A DNA stretch of 61,427 nucleotides from Octopus bimaculoides (taxonomy: Eukaryota), in NCBI RefSeq assembly GCF_001194135.2, contig NC_068985.1, forward strand, positions 4,627,498 through 4,688,924. Reading direction: 5' to 3'. Under the pieces are notes generated by a model. The model searched no databases. It worked only from the letters and a program-made list of their open reading frames with translations, and was not told the DNA's origin. Position numbers and translations under genes: made by a program. Shown here in pieces: positions 47,785 through 61,017 of the stretch; within the stretch, counting starts at the first letter, position 1; the number at the start of each line of letters is the position of its first letter.

Positions 47785-49305
47785 CCTCCAGCCCATCAGG
47801 AATCACCGCTAAGATGTTTAAAATATCTGGCAGTGTGGGAAATTGTTTAGTCACCTGTATTGTAAATAACATGGTTCATGAAGGAGTCATACCCAATGAT
47901 TGGTGTAGCAGTACCATACTAAACTGTTACAAACGTAAAGGTGATGCTTTAGATAGAAATAATTACAGAGGTATCAAATTGTTGGATCAGGTGATGAAAG
48001 TTACAGAGAGACTTAGTCTAGATGAGATGCAGTTTGGTTTTGTACGAGGTAGAAGCACCACTGATGCTATATTTCTGGTAAGGTAACCTGTCCAAAGAAA
48101 AATCTCTGTAGCTGGCGTTTGTTGACATAGAGAAAGCTTTTGACAGGGTCCCCTGATCCCTTATCTGGTGTCAATGCGGAAACTAGGGATAGACAAGTCG
48201 TTGATGAGAGCCGCAGAAGCCTTGTACAGGGACACTATCAGCAAGGTGAGGGTGGGCAATGAGTACAGCAAAGAATTCAGCGTACAAGTAGGGGTTCACT
48301 AAGGATCAGTACTCCCCTCTTGTTCATCATAGTCATCCGGGCAATAACAGAGGAATTCAAGACACAAAGGTGCAGCAACATCAGAGGAAGGTTAACAGGG
48401 AGACTAATTTTGTATGTGAAAGGTGCACAGGTACAATAAATGCTAAAAATGCACAGAAAATAGACTCCATCAACTGCTTCCATTATCTAGGAGGCCAAGT
48501 TAGTAGTGGAGGTGGATGTTCCAAGAGCGTAGCTGTGAGAATAAGATTAGGCTGGGTAAAGTTCAGAGAGCTCCTACTCCTGCTGGCAACAAAGGGCCTC
48601 TCTCTCAGAGTGAAATGGAGATCGTTTGATGCCTGTGTGCAAACAGCTATGCTGCATGGCAGTGAAACATGGGCTGTGATAGCTGAGGACATGCGTAGGG
48701 TTGGCAGAAATGAAGCCAGTACACTTTGCTGGATGTGCAATGCCAGTGTGCATGTTCGACAGAGTGTAAGCATCTTGAGAGGAAACTGGCATAAGAGGAA
48801 CTAGATGTGGTGTGCACAGAGAGACAACTGCATTGGTCATGTGATGTATATGTATAAGGGTAGCTGTGTAAAGAAGTACTGATCTCTAAATGTGGAGAGA
48901 ACCTGCGGTAGAGGAAGACAGGGGACAAGGTGCTGAGGCATGATCTTCAAACTCTGAGCTTCACTAGTGACTGAAGCCTATGGCAATGTGCTGTGCTTGA
49001 GAGGACTCATCAAGCCATGTGAAATTGTAGTTGTCATCAATGCTGGTGTCATGTAACTGGCATGCAAAAAGCACCTTTTGAGTGTTGGGCCTCACAGGGG
49101 CAAAGTGGCTGACTGATGCTGGTGGCATGTGAAAAGTACCTAGTACACTCTCAGAGTGGTTGGCATTAGGAAGGGCATCCAGCCGTAGAAACAATGCCAA
49201 ATCACACTGGGGTCTAGTGCAGCTTTTCAGCTTGTCAGCCCTGGTCAAACTGTCAAACCCATGCCAGCATGGACAATGGATGTTAGATGATGATGATGAT
49301 GATAT
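47785..49305 (+). mobile_element. RTE-like LINE, degraded RT with 3' tail
   Basis: IPNDWCSSTILNCYKRKGDALDRNNYRGIKLL, QFGFVRGRSTTDAIF, MLHGSETWAV. Frameshifted. Confidence 0.85.
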
Positions 49306-49324
49306 ACATATATATATATAGTTT

Positions 49325-49801
49325 TAGGGAAAATAACCAAGTTTCAAGAACTCATCGAGGAAAATCCACTATCACATATAGAAAAATTAATAATCAGGAA
49401 TTACGGAAAAATTTGGATAAGTACTGTTTTTTACTTTGCTAAAGATTTTCTACTATTTGAAAATATGTATTCTTGTTTTTTATATTATTCATTTGGTTCT
49501 TTATAGATTATTTTTAATAGATAACTTATTTAACACTAAATTATTTAGAAGTTATAGTTTCGTTTCAACATAATATTAGAACTTCGATTTGAATAGTGTT
49601 GATATATTTTCGATTATCTTTGATTAATAATTAATCTTTATAGTTTATAATATCGTTAAAGATTTTTTAAAATTAAAACTTTGTATATATATATAAAGTT
49701 TAATCTTTTATTCTTAATAATTTTTTCTTTCCTAATTTTTCCATTCATAATTTTTTCATTCATATTTTTATTATTACGTTTGTAGAAATAAATAATCTTG
49801 T
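49325..49801 (-). mobile_element. Very AT-rich remnant, possibly a Penelope-like GIY-YIG tail
   Basis: Broken frames give SKIYQH...IIYKEPNE..K..E.IF. Abuts (TA)n and a gap. Confidence 0.3.
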
Positions 49802-50999
49802 NNNNNNNNNNNNNNNNNNNNNNNNNNNNNNNNNNNNNNNNNNNNNNNNNNNNNNNNNNNNNNNNNNNNNNNNNNNNNNNNNNNNNNNNNNNNNNNNNNN
49901 NNNNNNNNNNNNNNNNNNNNNNNNNNNNNNNNNNNNNNNNNNNNNNNNNNNNNNNNNNNNNNNNNNNNNNNNNNNNNNNNNNNNNNNNNNNNNNNNNNNN
50001 NNNNNNNNNNNNNNNNNNNNNNNNNNNNNNNNNNNNNNNNNNNNNNNNNNNNNNNNNNNNNNNNNNNNNNNNNNNNNNNNNNNNNNNNNNNNNNNNNNNN
50101 NNNNNNNNNNNNNNNNNNNNNNNNNNNNNNNNNNNNNNNNNNNNNNNNNNNNNNNNNNNNNNNNNNNNNNNNNNNNNNNNNNNNNNNNNNNNNNNNNNNN
50201 NNNNNNNNNNNNNNNNNNNNNNNNNNNNNNNNNNNNNNNNNNNNNNNNNNNNNNNNNNNNNNNNNNNNNNNNNNNNNNNNNNNNNNNNNNNNNNNNNNNN
50301 NNNNNNNNNNNNNNNNNNNNNNNNNNNNNNNNNNNNNNNNNNNNNNNNNNNNNNNNNNNNNNNNNNNNNNNNNNNNNNNNNNNNNNNNNNNNNNNNNNNN
50401 NNNNNNNNNNNNNNNNNNNNNNNNNNNNNNNNNNNNNNNNNNNNNNNNNNNNNNNNNNNNNNNNATATATGTATATACATACATACATACAAATATATAC
50501 ACACACACACACATACAAATATACACATGTGTCTTTGTCTGTGATTGTGCCCCACCACTGTTTGACAACCAGTGTTGGTGTGTTTACATCCCTGTAACTT
50601 AGCAGTTTGGCAAAAGAGACCAATAGAACAAGTAAGTACTGAGGTTGATTCACTCAACTAAAGCTTTTTAAAGGAGGTGCCCCAGAGACATTGCAAAGCA
50701 TTCCATCTGGTGTCTTTTTATTTTTGGCTTGTTTCAGTTATAGGAGTGTGGCCATTCTGGAGCACTGCCTTGGAGGGTTTAATCAAACAAATTGACCCCA
50801 GAACTTCAGCCACCAATAGAGTGACCAGGACTTGGGCTGGTGATTCATTCACTGAGCATGAATAGATGAAAATATACTGGTATATGAGGCCAGAGCATAG
50901 AGAGCTAGAACAAATACTGCAAGACATTTTAGACAACACTCTAATAACCAGTCAATTTGCTATCTTATACAATATATAAATATATAAAATTCAACTAAC

Positions 51000-51033
51000 C
51001 TCGTTGTATGCAAAATAACTTTTCGCTAGTTCT
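51000..51033 (-). CDS. Gene 2 exon A2, 34 nt (ELAKSYFAYNE)
   Basis: TTTCCTTTGCAG acceptor and GAG|GTTAGT donor. Phase 2 to 0. Confidence 0.75.
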
Positions 51034-51274
51034 CTGCAAAGGAAAATAAAAATAATAATAATAAAAATAATAATAATGGTTTCAAATTTTGCTGCAAGGG
51101 CAGGAACTTTGGGATAGGGGATGAATCAATTACATTGACCCCAGTGTTCAACTGGTATTTATTCTATTGACCCTGAAAGAATGAAAGGTCAAGTCAACTT
51201 TGGTGGAATTTGAACACAGAATGCAGTGACAGGCAAAATACCGCTAAGCATTTCGTCCGACATGCTAAGTAGTA

Positions 51275-51410
51275 ATAATAATAATAATAATAAGGAACTG
51301 AAAATTATTCAAGAATGATCCCTGGCTTCCCATCCCTGCAGGAAGTGCAAAAGATTGTCTTAACTGCTACATCACATGTATTGGGAAGAGCATTGTCACT
51401 GTGAATTTTC
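51275..51410 (+). mobile_element. R4/Dong-like 3' end fragment after (TAA)n
   Basis: ...MIPGFPSLQEVQKIVLTATSHVLGRALSL* directly after a TAA run. Confidence 0.55.
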
Positions 51411-52447
51411 TTTCCCTTTTTTCCCCTTTATTTTTTTGTTTACTTTTTGTTTTCCTTTTTCTCTTCATCTTTCTTCCTCTTTCTCTCTTTCACATGGCTT
51501 TGTAAATGAACAATCCAGTGTATCTATTTTAATGGCCTACCAATGTATACAGTGATTTCCTCTGCTCTAGGTGTTAGGAAGACACTTGGCAAGAAATGGA
51601 AACAAAATTGAAAGAAGACGATAATGAAAATAATAATAATAATTTCTTTATTGACCACAAGGGACAAGTGCGATTGAACACAAAAATTGAGTGAACAATA
51701 AAATAGCAATGATAAATAACAAGAAAATTCTAACAACTAAATTCTACAATAAGAAGGAGTTTCTTACAGGAACCTCACAAATCCTGATTGTCCTAACCAC
51801 CAGGTGCACATGTTACTGTGGATCTGTGTAGTTCTGTAGAGTGTTAGAGTAATGAAGAATGAGGCCAGACTGGAGTTTATATTCTGGTGGTCCTTGTGGT
51901 GTAAATGGACACCATACAGATTAAAGAACCAAAGCTACATGGAAATCATAACCTTCATACAAGAGGATCACACCCACCATAGGTCTGACATGTAGAATAA
52001 CACTTGGTACACTCTATTGCTCATCTCCATTTTGTGCAGTGTTTCACATGTCACATTGGCACAGCAATTTTTCTTCTTCTTAAACAAATATTGTTATCAA
52101 ACAACCACCACAGATAATCTTGAAGCAGATGGAGTACATAAGTCTTAGTTGTAGTTGCTGATGTTTTGTCCCAAGCACAGCTCTAATCCAGCACACCTAT
52201 AATCAAAAATGTTGTAGCCATGATGAATTTGTCGCTTTTTGAAACAGTACATTTGGCATTACATTATGCAATGTGTCCTTCCTGCTTTAAAATGATAGGA
52301 TATGATTTCAATGAAATTTAGCTCTTTTTTCTGGCAGCTGGAGCAACCTATAGAGACTTCATTTTGGACATCTGGGTTGAATTTATTCTTCCTGTAATGC
52401 AGTAAGTTATGAATATGTAGAGATTCTTTCATTGCCAAAGATGATAG

Positions 52448-52872
52448 TGTAGTGACGCTTAAATAGCAGACGACTGTTATTGTTCACTTCCCGGAAAGCT
52501 TATCCCCGCATGTGCAGGGACTAGTTCCGGAAGGAACACAGGAAGAGTCTCATGCGCATGCGTAGAGTTCGACATCCAAAACGTTCCCGCTCTTTTCATT
52601 CTCTTGCTTCACTGATCTTCGTTGCGTCGAGACGTCCCACAGAACTCTCTCTCGACTCAGCACCAGAGCAACTCAAATAACCACAAAAACTGCATTGAGG
52701 GCGGCTCAGAAACCGAAGGCGATGAGTTACCGAATTCCCTCCAAGCGTGAGCCGAATTCCACTGTAAATAAATATTGTTGTGTTGTTCAGAATCTGCATT
52801 CCGTTGTTTCTTCTAGAAATTTAATGTACGGAAGCAGGTATACACCTAATGGTGTATAACCACTTTCCTACA
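52448..52872 (+). mobile_element. Solo LTR (Ty3/Gypsy-like), 425 bp
   Basis: TGTAG...CTACA termini, ATAG TSD at 52444-52447 and 52873-52876, AATAAA at 52767-52772, CpG-rich body. Confidence 0.85.
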
Positions 52873-52899
52873 ATAGTATCCGTCTTTTGTCCTTTCAAT

Positions 52900-54360
52900 C
52901 TTATCTCATAGACAAACACTTTTGCAAAACTAGCTCACCTTTACAAGTAAAAGAAGGTGATGGTGTGATCTTCAATATGGACTCACATTATAGACAGATT
53001 GTCCTAAGCAGCATAACAGTTGTTGAATGAGCATTACTGACATCCAGAGTAGCAGGCATTTCAAGAAGGCTCAAACATTCAACACATGTATGCAGAATGG
53101 TTTTATTTCTCTCTCTATCTTATTGTAATTATTATGGCCAGGTTCCAACCCAAGCTGCAGCAACAAAGTCCATCCTGCACACTTGTCAGTCCATCATCGT
53201 TGCCTCTAGGTCCTGGATATGTTTCAAGCCGGTATCTGCAATCAAGTTGTCAATGTAAGTGTGTGATGACGTTTTCCTCTTCTTACATCATGATGAAGTG
53301 GGTTCCACACACTAATTTAGATGCTTCCAGTTCAGCATGTTGCGTGCAGTGACCAGACAGTTGCAGCTGTCTTTGCTTGATCTCCTTGCAAACTTTTAGC
53401 AAGTCTCCATAAAGGCATTTCTTTGTCATACGTTGCTGCCATTTCAGACTTAGGGCCATTTGTAGTATCCTTGTGTAGCACCCATTTAGCCAATTTGACA
53501 ATTTCTTTGTCAGCATCCATGTTTCACTGCAATATAAAAGCACTGATTCAACAGTTGCAATGAACAGCTTGATTTTGGCAGACCCTCTTTAGTTTGCAAC
53601 AGGCTGTCCATGCTTGTGCCTTCCTGATCCTGATGTCTGCATCTTGGATAATCCAAGTTGATGGTACTTCTCCGTTTGTAGAGTATATCTCAACCAGCCA
53701 TTGTCCCACCTTGATAGCACAGGGGAGCCTAGGATTTTTGGAAATTGTTCACAGTCCCCAAGAGAGAAGTTTTCTGGGATACAGCTGCTAGTTCACTCTC
53801 ATTAGTACTCAGAGCTTTTTCAAGAATGTCTTTCCTACTACTATTCCTCTATAAATAACATGGAAATTTCACGAAGTGCATAGCCCAACTAGGAGAGGTC
53901 TATGGGTGATGGGCTACATTCCAGATGCCAGATGCCCATAGGTCTCCATTTGATCCAGAACAGCAGTTCTGATAAACAATTGAGCTGTGTGAAGACATAC
54001 TTCACAGAAAGCGCCAGACCATCTCTGTAGGTGCTGCAAGATCCAGTCACAGTATACTGAAACCTTAGCATGGAAGGTGATGGCAGCAGATCGACTGCCT
54101 GACCTGTAGAAAAACATCCCAAGAAACAAAGGAATGTCATGTGAGAACTGTGCAGTAAGGTATTTTGCTGCATGTCATTTACTAGGGAACCAGTATTAGA
54201 GAACGAACGAAAGAATATTTAAAATTACAGTTCTATAAATTCCTGAAATTCTCATTCAAGTCAATCAACTGAGTTAGTTCTGTGTTGCTCTGTACATTGG
54301 TCATTCCTTGGATGGTTCCAGCAACATATCAGTTTTTCTATAAAAAGAGGTTAGTAACCC
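52900..54360 (-). mobile_element. RTE-X-like LINE remnant
   Basis: LLYCSETWMLTKKLSNWLNGCYTRILQMAL...LYGDL.KV...I.QRQLQLSGHC. Confidence 0.65.
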
Positions 54361-54589
54361 TTTTCTTCAACTTTTAACCACCACTGCTGCTACCACCACC
54401 TGTCTGTTCCAGTCTGTTTTGGCTTGGTTTCTACAGCTGGACACCCCTCCTAATGCCAATGACTCCACAGAGTGTACCAGGTGCCTTTTATGTGTCACCA
54501 GCACTGGTCATGCCTATGATTTCATTTAGTATGATGTAACTTCTCAAGCACAGCAAATTGCCAAAAGTCACAATCATTTGACACTGTCT

Positions 54590-56135
54590 CTGTGAAACTC
54601 AACAACCAAAGATCATATTTCACCACCTCATCCCATGTCTTCCTGGGTCTACCTCTTCCACAGTTAGTGAACTGTGCTTATTTATGCATCTGTCCTCATT
54701 CATATGCAACACATAGCAATACCAGTGCAGTCTTCTCTCTTGCACACTACATCTGATGCCTCCTATACCCAATTTTTCTCTCAAGACACTCACACTCTGA
54801 CATTATCCATTCAGCAGAGCATGCTAGTTTCATTTCTTTCAAGCCTTTGCAAATCCTCTGCAATCACAGCCCGTTTCACTGCCATGTAGCATGGCTGTTC
54901 ACACACAGGCATCATACAATCTGCCATTCACTCTGAGGGGAGAGACCCTTTGTTATCAACAAAGGCAGAAGTTCTCTCAACTTCACCCAACCCATTCTTA
55001 TTCTAGCAGCTATGCTCTCAGAGCATCCTCCTCCTCCACTGCTGACTTGGTTATCGAGGTAACAGAAGCTATCTACTACTTCTAAATACATCCTCGGAAA
55101 GTTAATGAAGTCAATTCTTTGTACATTCCTAGTGTTTATTGTGTCTACACATCTGCAACACACAGAGACTACTTTCTCTATTAACCTTCCTCCGATACAG
55201 CTACATTTCTTATGTATCCATGCTTGCACTGGGTACATGTTATGGAGCTTCTACCTACACTTTTTCTGCATATTGAGCAAGGCCATCTCCTTGAAGGGCT
55301 TGTGATTTGTCTGTTCAATTTACTAAGACTTTGGTCTTAGCAAAATTACCTCTAAGGCCCTTATCTTCCAGATCTGGCTTCCACAGCTGGAATTTTTCTC
55401 TAGTTCTGATAGTAATTCAACTATAAGAACAAGGTCATTAGCATAGAAGAGCTCCCAAGGGCAGCCCATCTTAAGTTCTTCTGTTATGGCCTGGAGGACT
55501 ATAATGATCAAGAAGTGAGTTGAGAACTGATCCCTGGTGAACTCCTACCTGTACACTGAATTCATAGCTAAGGACGGTGGACATTAAATGATGATGATGA
55601 CTCATTGCCAAATTTCCTGTTACTGGCAGCATCCTTGTACGACTCACCAACCACTCATCAATTCCTAGCTTCCACATTAACCATCAGATAAGGGAGCAGG
55701 GAACACTGTCAAAGTCTTTCTCCATGTCAACAAGAGTCAGGTACAGAATTTTACCAGAAATATAGCATCAGTAGTGCTCCTCCCTGGCACAAAACCAAAC
55801 TGTATCTCATTTAGACTCACTTCCGAGTTAGTTTAGCTATGATATTCTCTGTAACTTACATTGCCTGGTCTAACAATTTGAAAGTTCTGAAATTATTTCT
55901 GTCTAAGGCATCACCGTTACCATTGTAGCAGTTGATTGTCATGCTGTTACAGCAACTATTGAGTATGACTCCCCCATGGACAACCTGATTAACTAGACAG
56001 GTGACTAGACCATTTCCCACTTTGCCAGATATATTAAGCATCTCAGTGGTGACACCTGATGAGCCAGGGGCTTTCCTTGTCTTCATATCCTTCATAGCTT
56101 TATCTACCAAGCTGCTATCTATTTGGATAGCTGCT
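54590..56135 (-). mobile_element. RTE-like LINE, degraded RT
   Basis: KAPGSSGVTTEML, QVGVHQGSVL, ELFYANDLVL, EVVDSFCYL. Same family as 47.8-49.3 kb; further fragments at about 20100-20290, 22330-22800, 41420-41770, 42910-43390 and 43800-44165. Confidence 0.8.
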
Positions 56136-56585
56136 CTCATTTTTATCAATTTTAATAGTGACATTTCCAAGCCTTCAAATTCATAAAACCCAGCTTTCAA
56201 ATTAAAATTGGTGGAGTTCCTCCAACATTTCATGTAAATTTGAATTTCAGTATAATTTAAAACATTATTCAATTCAATTTTTTCTTTTTATCCCACTTGA
56301 CCATTTCAATCTGTGAAAATATCTTATTTTAACATTTTAAATTTCAAATGCAAAGAAACTGTGAAGTAAAATTGAGCTTGGACTGAAAATTTCTTCCTTT
56401 ATCTCTGTATGCACTTGGGCCTTATATCTTTAATCTTGTAGTTAAATATAAATATTAAAAAAAATGTAATAAAAACTAGATGAACAGGATTCTGCATATC
56501 TGCTTATGTCATCATATTCATGGATTGTAGTCTTGCATCGAATTACAAATAAAATTCAAATTAAAGATGTCATAAAATTACTTAC

Positions 56586-56650
56586 GTGATCTGTGAACTT
56601 CGAATAATTTCTGGCAAGCTTTGAATTTTGCTCTCCAAGAAGCAATATTC
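56586..56650 (-). CDS. Gene 2 exon B1, 65 nt (EYCFLESKIQSLPEIIRSSQI)
   Basis: CATTTCTAG acceptor and CAC|GTAAGT donor. Paralogous to 47462-47526, whose only open frame fixes the phase as 0 to 2. Confidence 0.75.
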
Positions 56651-59600
56651 CTAGAAATGTTCACAAATAAAGAATTTGTAGTGACAGCCTCATAAAATTG
56701 AGAACATTATATCTATAGTTTTTAGCTGGCATATGACTCGTCTATGAAACTAAACATTATCTGACTTAGAGAAACACTTCTGTTGTTTTGTTTCTTGATG
56801 TCCACAGTAGCATCAAGTGTGGCATACTTTTATTCTTTTACTTGTTTCAGTCATCTGACTGTGGCCATGCTGAAGCACCGCCTTAAAGCGATTTTTAGTA
56901 AAAGAAATCGACCCCAGGACTTATTGGTCTCTTTTCCTGAACTGCTAAGTTATGGGGACATAGACACACCAGCATCGGTTATCAAGCAATGGCCGGGCAA
57001 AAAACACAGGCATAGTGCTGCCTGACTGGTCCCGTGCTAGTGGCATGTAAAAAGCACCACTTGAGCATGGTTATTGCCAGTGCTGCCTGACTGGCTCCTG
57101 TGCCAGTGGCAAGTAAAAAGCACCATTCAAGTGTGGTCGATGCCAGTACCATTTGACTGACCCTCGTGCCAGTGGCACATAAAAAGCACCCACTACACTC
57201 TCAGAGTGGTTTGTGTTAGGAAGGGCATCCAGCTGTAGAAACCTTGCCAGATCAGATTGGAGCCTGGTACAGCCATCTGACTTGCCAGTCCTCAGTCAAA
57301 CTGTCCAACCCATGCCAGTATGGAAAAGGGACGTTAAATGACGATGACGACAACGATTATGATGATGATGATGATAATAATATATATATATATATACACA
57401 TATATCTGTAATATAATATGTGACAGTCATTCGGTTGCCATAATAAAACTCTGAGTTTTGGATGTTGGGACAGAAATCTGCTCCGGCATCTCGTCAGTTA
57501 TTAAGAGAAACAAAAATGCTATGATTTTCATAGCATTTTTGCTTGTCATGCCATGCAATGGGACTGAACCCAGAACCATGTGATTGAGAAGCAAGCATCT
57601 TACCACACAACCACGCCTGCGCCTATGATGTATGATTCAAAACAAGACTGGGAAGGAATATAAAAATAATTCCAGAACATATTATTTCAAACAACTCTAT
57701 GGCTTACTAAAACTGACACAATGATTTCTAATACAGCTATGTAATCACAAACATTGTAGGTGTGACATAATCTACATATTTGTCCCTAGTATCTCACTTG
57801 TATTTATTCTATGAACCTTGGGAGGATGAAAGGCAAAAGGATGCCTGTGGCTTTGAAAGAAGACTTCGATGGGTTGTAACAAACTACTGTAAGGATATGT
57901 ATCAAGAATTGTTCTGATTTTGTTACCCACTTCCTAAAAAGGAGCCTCAGACCAGTCACTTGCTTTATTAGAAGTGACAGCAAAATCTCCTCAAAATTTC
58001 CTCGAGAATAAAAAAAAAGAATGTTGGATGTATTGAAATTTGTAGCATCTAGATTAGTGGTTTCGGTGGAAATAAGGATACAGAATGGTTACAGCTTCAA
58101 CAATACTGAGCCTAAGGTCAATATTAGAACTGACCTGGAAGTAAACAATAAACAAAACCAGAAAATTGAATACAAATCCAATACAAGAAACAAAGGCTTT
58201 CTCCTTCATTAGTTTCAATATCAAAGCTGTAGTGAGTACTGCTACCAACACATCTTCTACAACTTTACTTGTGTTATCAAGCTTCAATAAATGGAATGCT
58301 ACACTGAACTCACTGGCATTTCAATTCAGAAATTGTAAACATTAAACTAGTATATCAAAATCTTGTAGACCATCAAGTCTCTTCCTCTTAATGCTGCACC
58401 AAATTACCAATATTCAAAAGAGGTGTAGAATTCCAAGACAACGTAGGGAAGCAAAATATGTTTGGCAAATGAAATAAATCTAATCTCTAGTCCCTAACAG
58501 AGAAGGACCCTCACAGAAGGCAGCATATAATCATTCCATTTGCTTAATTATAGCAACCAAATTGTCATCAACTATCATCTTTCAAATGGCATCAGCTTAT
58601 ATGAAGTTCTTCAATTTCAGACAATGATCCAAAAGAAAGACAATACTTTTATGATTTTTTTATAAGTTTGTTAGATGAGGCAAGTTAGTTTCCATGGCAT
58701 TTTGGTAGCCCTGCCTCAGACTTGTAAGAATTTCAGTGTAGGATGTTTAACCTGAATAACTGAAGGTAAACAATAATCGGTGGAGAGGAACAGCTGATTT
58801 GGTCCAAATGCATGAAAGTGAGGGAATTCTCAGTAAAGTCACCCAGGAACCAATCTTTTAAATATTTTGGTTTAAAACAAGAGAAATCTCAGTCATGACA
58901 TCTCTAGTTAAAAGCATGCCAGAAAGAACAGGTGACTTAGATGAAACTGCACCTTATTACATAATGTGATGCCACAGGTAGGCTAATGATATTGTTTACC
59001 TTATTTCTTAAATGAATTATAAGTCTTTAGAAAAACCTTCAGAGATGACAGAATGTCGAAGGTTTTTGCAGGTTTATTGTTAACCATTTAACAGATTATC
59101 CAGTCAAATGCAATGCTTAATTATCTATATTGTTTTGAATTAATCATGCATTATCTCATATATTTGAGACCTTCAATGGTATGACAGTACATTTTTAAAA
59201 TGACATTGTAGGTTAGGTGTAAAAGGTAACAGGTCATTGGTTTTGAACATAAGACAGGTAGGATATTTGGGCTGGATATAGCCAGTTTAAATGCTATGCT
59301 AAAGGGTTAAACATGTATTTGTAGGAACTTTTACGAGCATTAGGGAATTAAAAGCATTAAATTTTATTACAAATGAGAGCACACACAACAGTCAGGTAAG
59401 AAGTTAGTTTCCAAACCAGATGGTTCTGGGCTCAGACCCAATATGTGACACATTCTACTATAGCCTGGGGCCAACCAAAGCCTTGTTAATTGTGGCATGT
59501 AGAAACTGAAAGAAGCCCATTATATACGCATGTGTATGTGTGTGTGTCTATGTCTGCGCTTGAAAAGCAGTGTTGGTGTGTTTACATCCTTGTAACTTAG

Positions 59601-61017
59601 CAGTTTGGCAAAACAGACCGATACAATGAGTAACAAAAAAATTACTCATGTGAATTCATTCAACTAAAAATTCTCCAGGGCGGTGTCCCAGCATTGTTGC
59701 AATCTAATGAGTGAAGCAAGTAAATGATAAAAGAGAAAGGTGCATTGAAGGGCTCTGCCTGCATGAAATGGAACAAAAGAGAGATAAAAACCTCTGGGGT
59801 TAAGATGCTGGTATGTTTCAGTTCATATTACTAAAGTATCTATAACATTATTTCTACAGCAACACAGACAGAAGCAAAGTAGAGAGAAATACTTTGCCTC
59901 ACCAAAGAAAAACAAATACAGACTAAATACCTGGCTGGTTTTGATCCCATGACCCAATAGTTTATTCCTACAACCATAGCATTTCTGCAGGTGTATCTAT
60001 TTCAGCAGTTTATAATTAAATAATACCAGATTTAATAACAAATTAGTTATTTTAAGAATTTTAGTAATTGTTTAGCCCCAGGCCAGTCCTGATCCAGTAG
60101 ACCTATTATCCCAAAAGAACGTTTCTTATGACTAAACCCAAAAAGGACACTTTTGCAGGACCTCCATCAATGGTAGGAAAAGGTGAGGATGAAACCATCA
60201 CTTGTTTGGTATCATCAGACCATTTATCTCAAGTGAATGCTTACTACAGAAGGAATTCCACTGAACGCATCAAAAGTACAGCTGATGGTATTAGAATGGA
60301 GTAGGGATCAAATCTAACACCAAAGAACAAGTAAAGTTTATGCAAGAGAGCTTTCTAAGAGCTTGCTGCTACCAAATTTCATACACGACATTTGGCTTGA
60401 CCCCACCAGATTAGGGGTTGAATATTGAGATTGAAGCTGGAATCACATACTTGCTAAGTAAACTTTTTAATGCATATCAATGCTTGTGCCTGCTTTGTGG
60501 GTGTGAAAGTGGATGGCTGTATTTTAAATGGAAGTGGCCATGGATGGCTGGCAAAGATATTCAATTTGAAACTATATGGTTCCTGATTCAATCCCAATGC
60601 ACAGCACCTTGGGCAAGTGTGTTCTACCACAGTAATTGTTTGACCAATTCCTTGTGAATAAAATTTGGTAGATGGAAACTGTGTAGAAGACCAGCTGTTG
60701 CATGTACATTGAAGCCTCCCTCTGTCTACAGCACAATGTTATCTAAGGAAAAGACAAAGGCCAATACAGTTTCACAGTATGGCTGTGAGAAGGGAAAGGG
60801 CAGGATGAGATATCACAAGGCATCCAATCAAGTGTTTTAACAATCCTAGACTGCTATTATTATTATTACCAAATTCAAAAAGGGAAAGGTACAATTAACT
60901 GCATTGATATTTGAACTCAGAATGTAGACAACCAAGACAAATATCGCAAAGCCTTCTACCAGATGCCTGAATCTCTCCACCAACATATTGGATTGTAAAT
61001 AAATCATATCAACTAAC

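Noticed and set aside
49370-49801. Extremely AT-rich stretch considered as a NUMT or parasite/organelle contamination
   Set aside because: No recognisable mitochondrial or plastid gene or tRNA. The broken frames fit a retroelement endonuclease remnant slightly better.
59931-59996. 66-nt exon-like segment (TAG|ATACACCTG...CCAG|GTATTT), open in two frames
   Set aside because: It is not needed for phase continuity, has a weak pyrimidine tract, and has no counterpart in the second A/B module. It could still be a cassette exon, but is unsupported.
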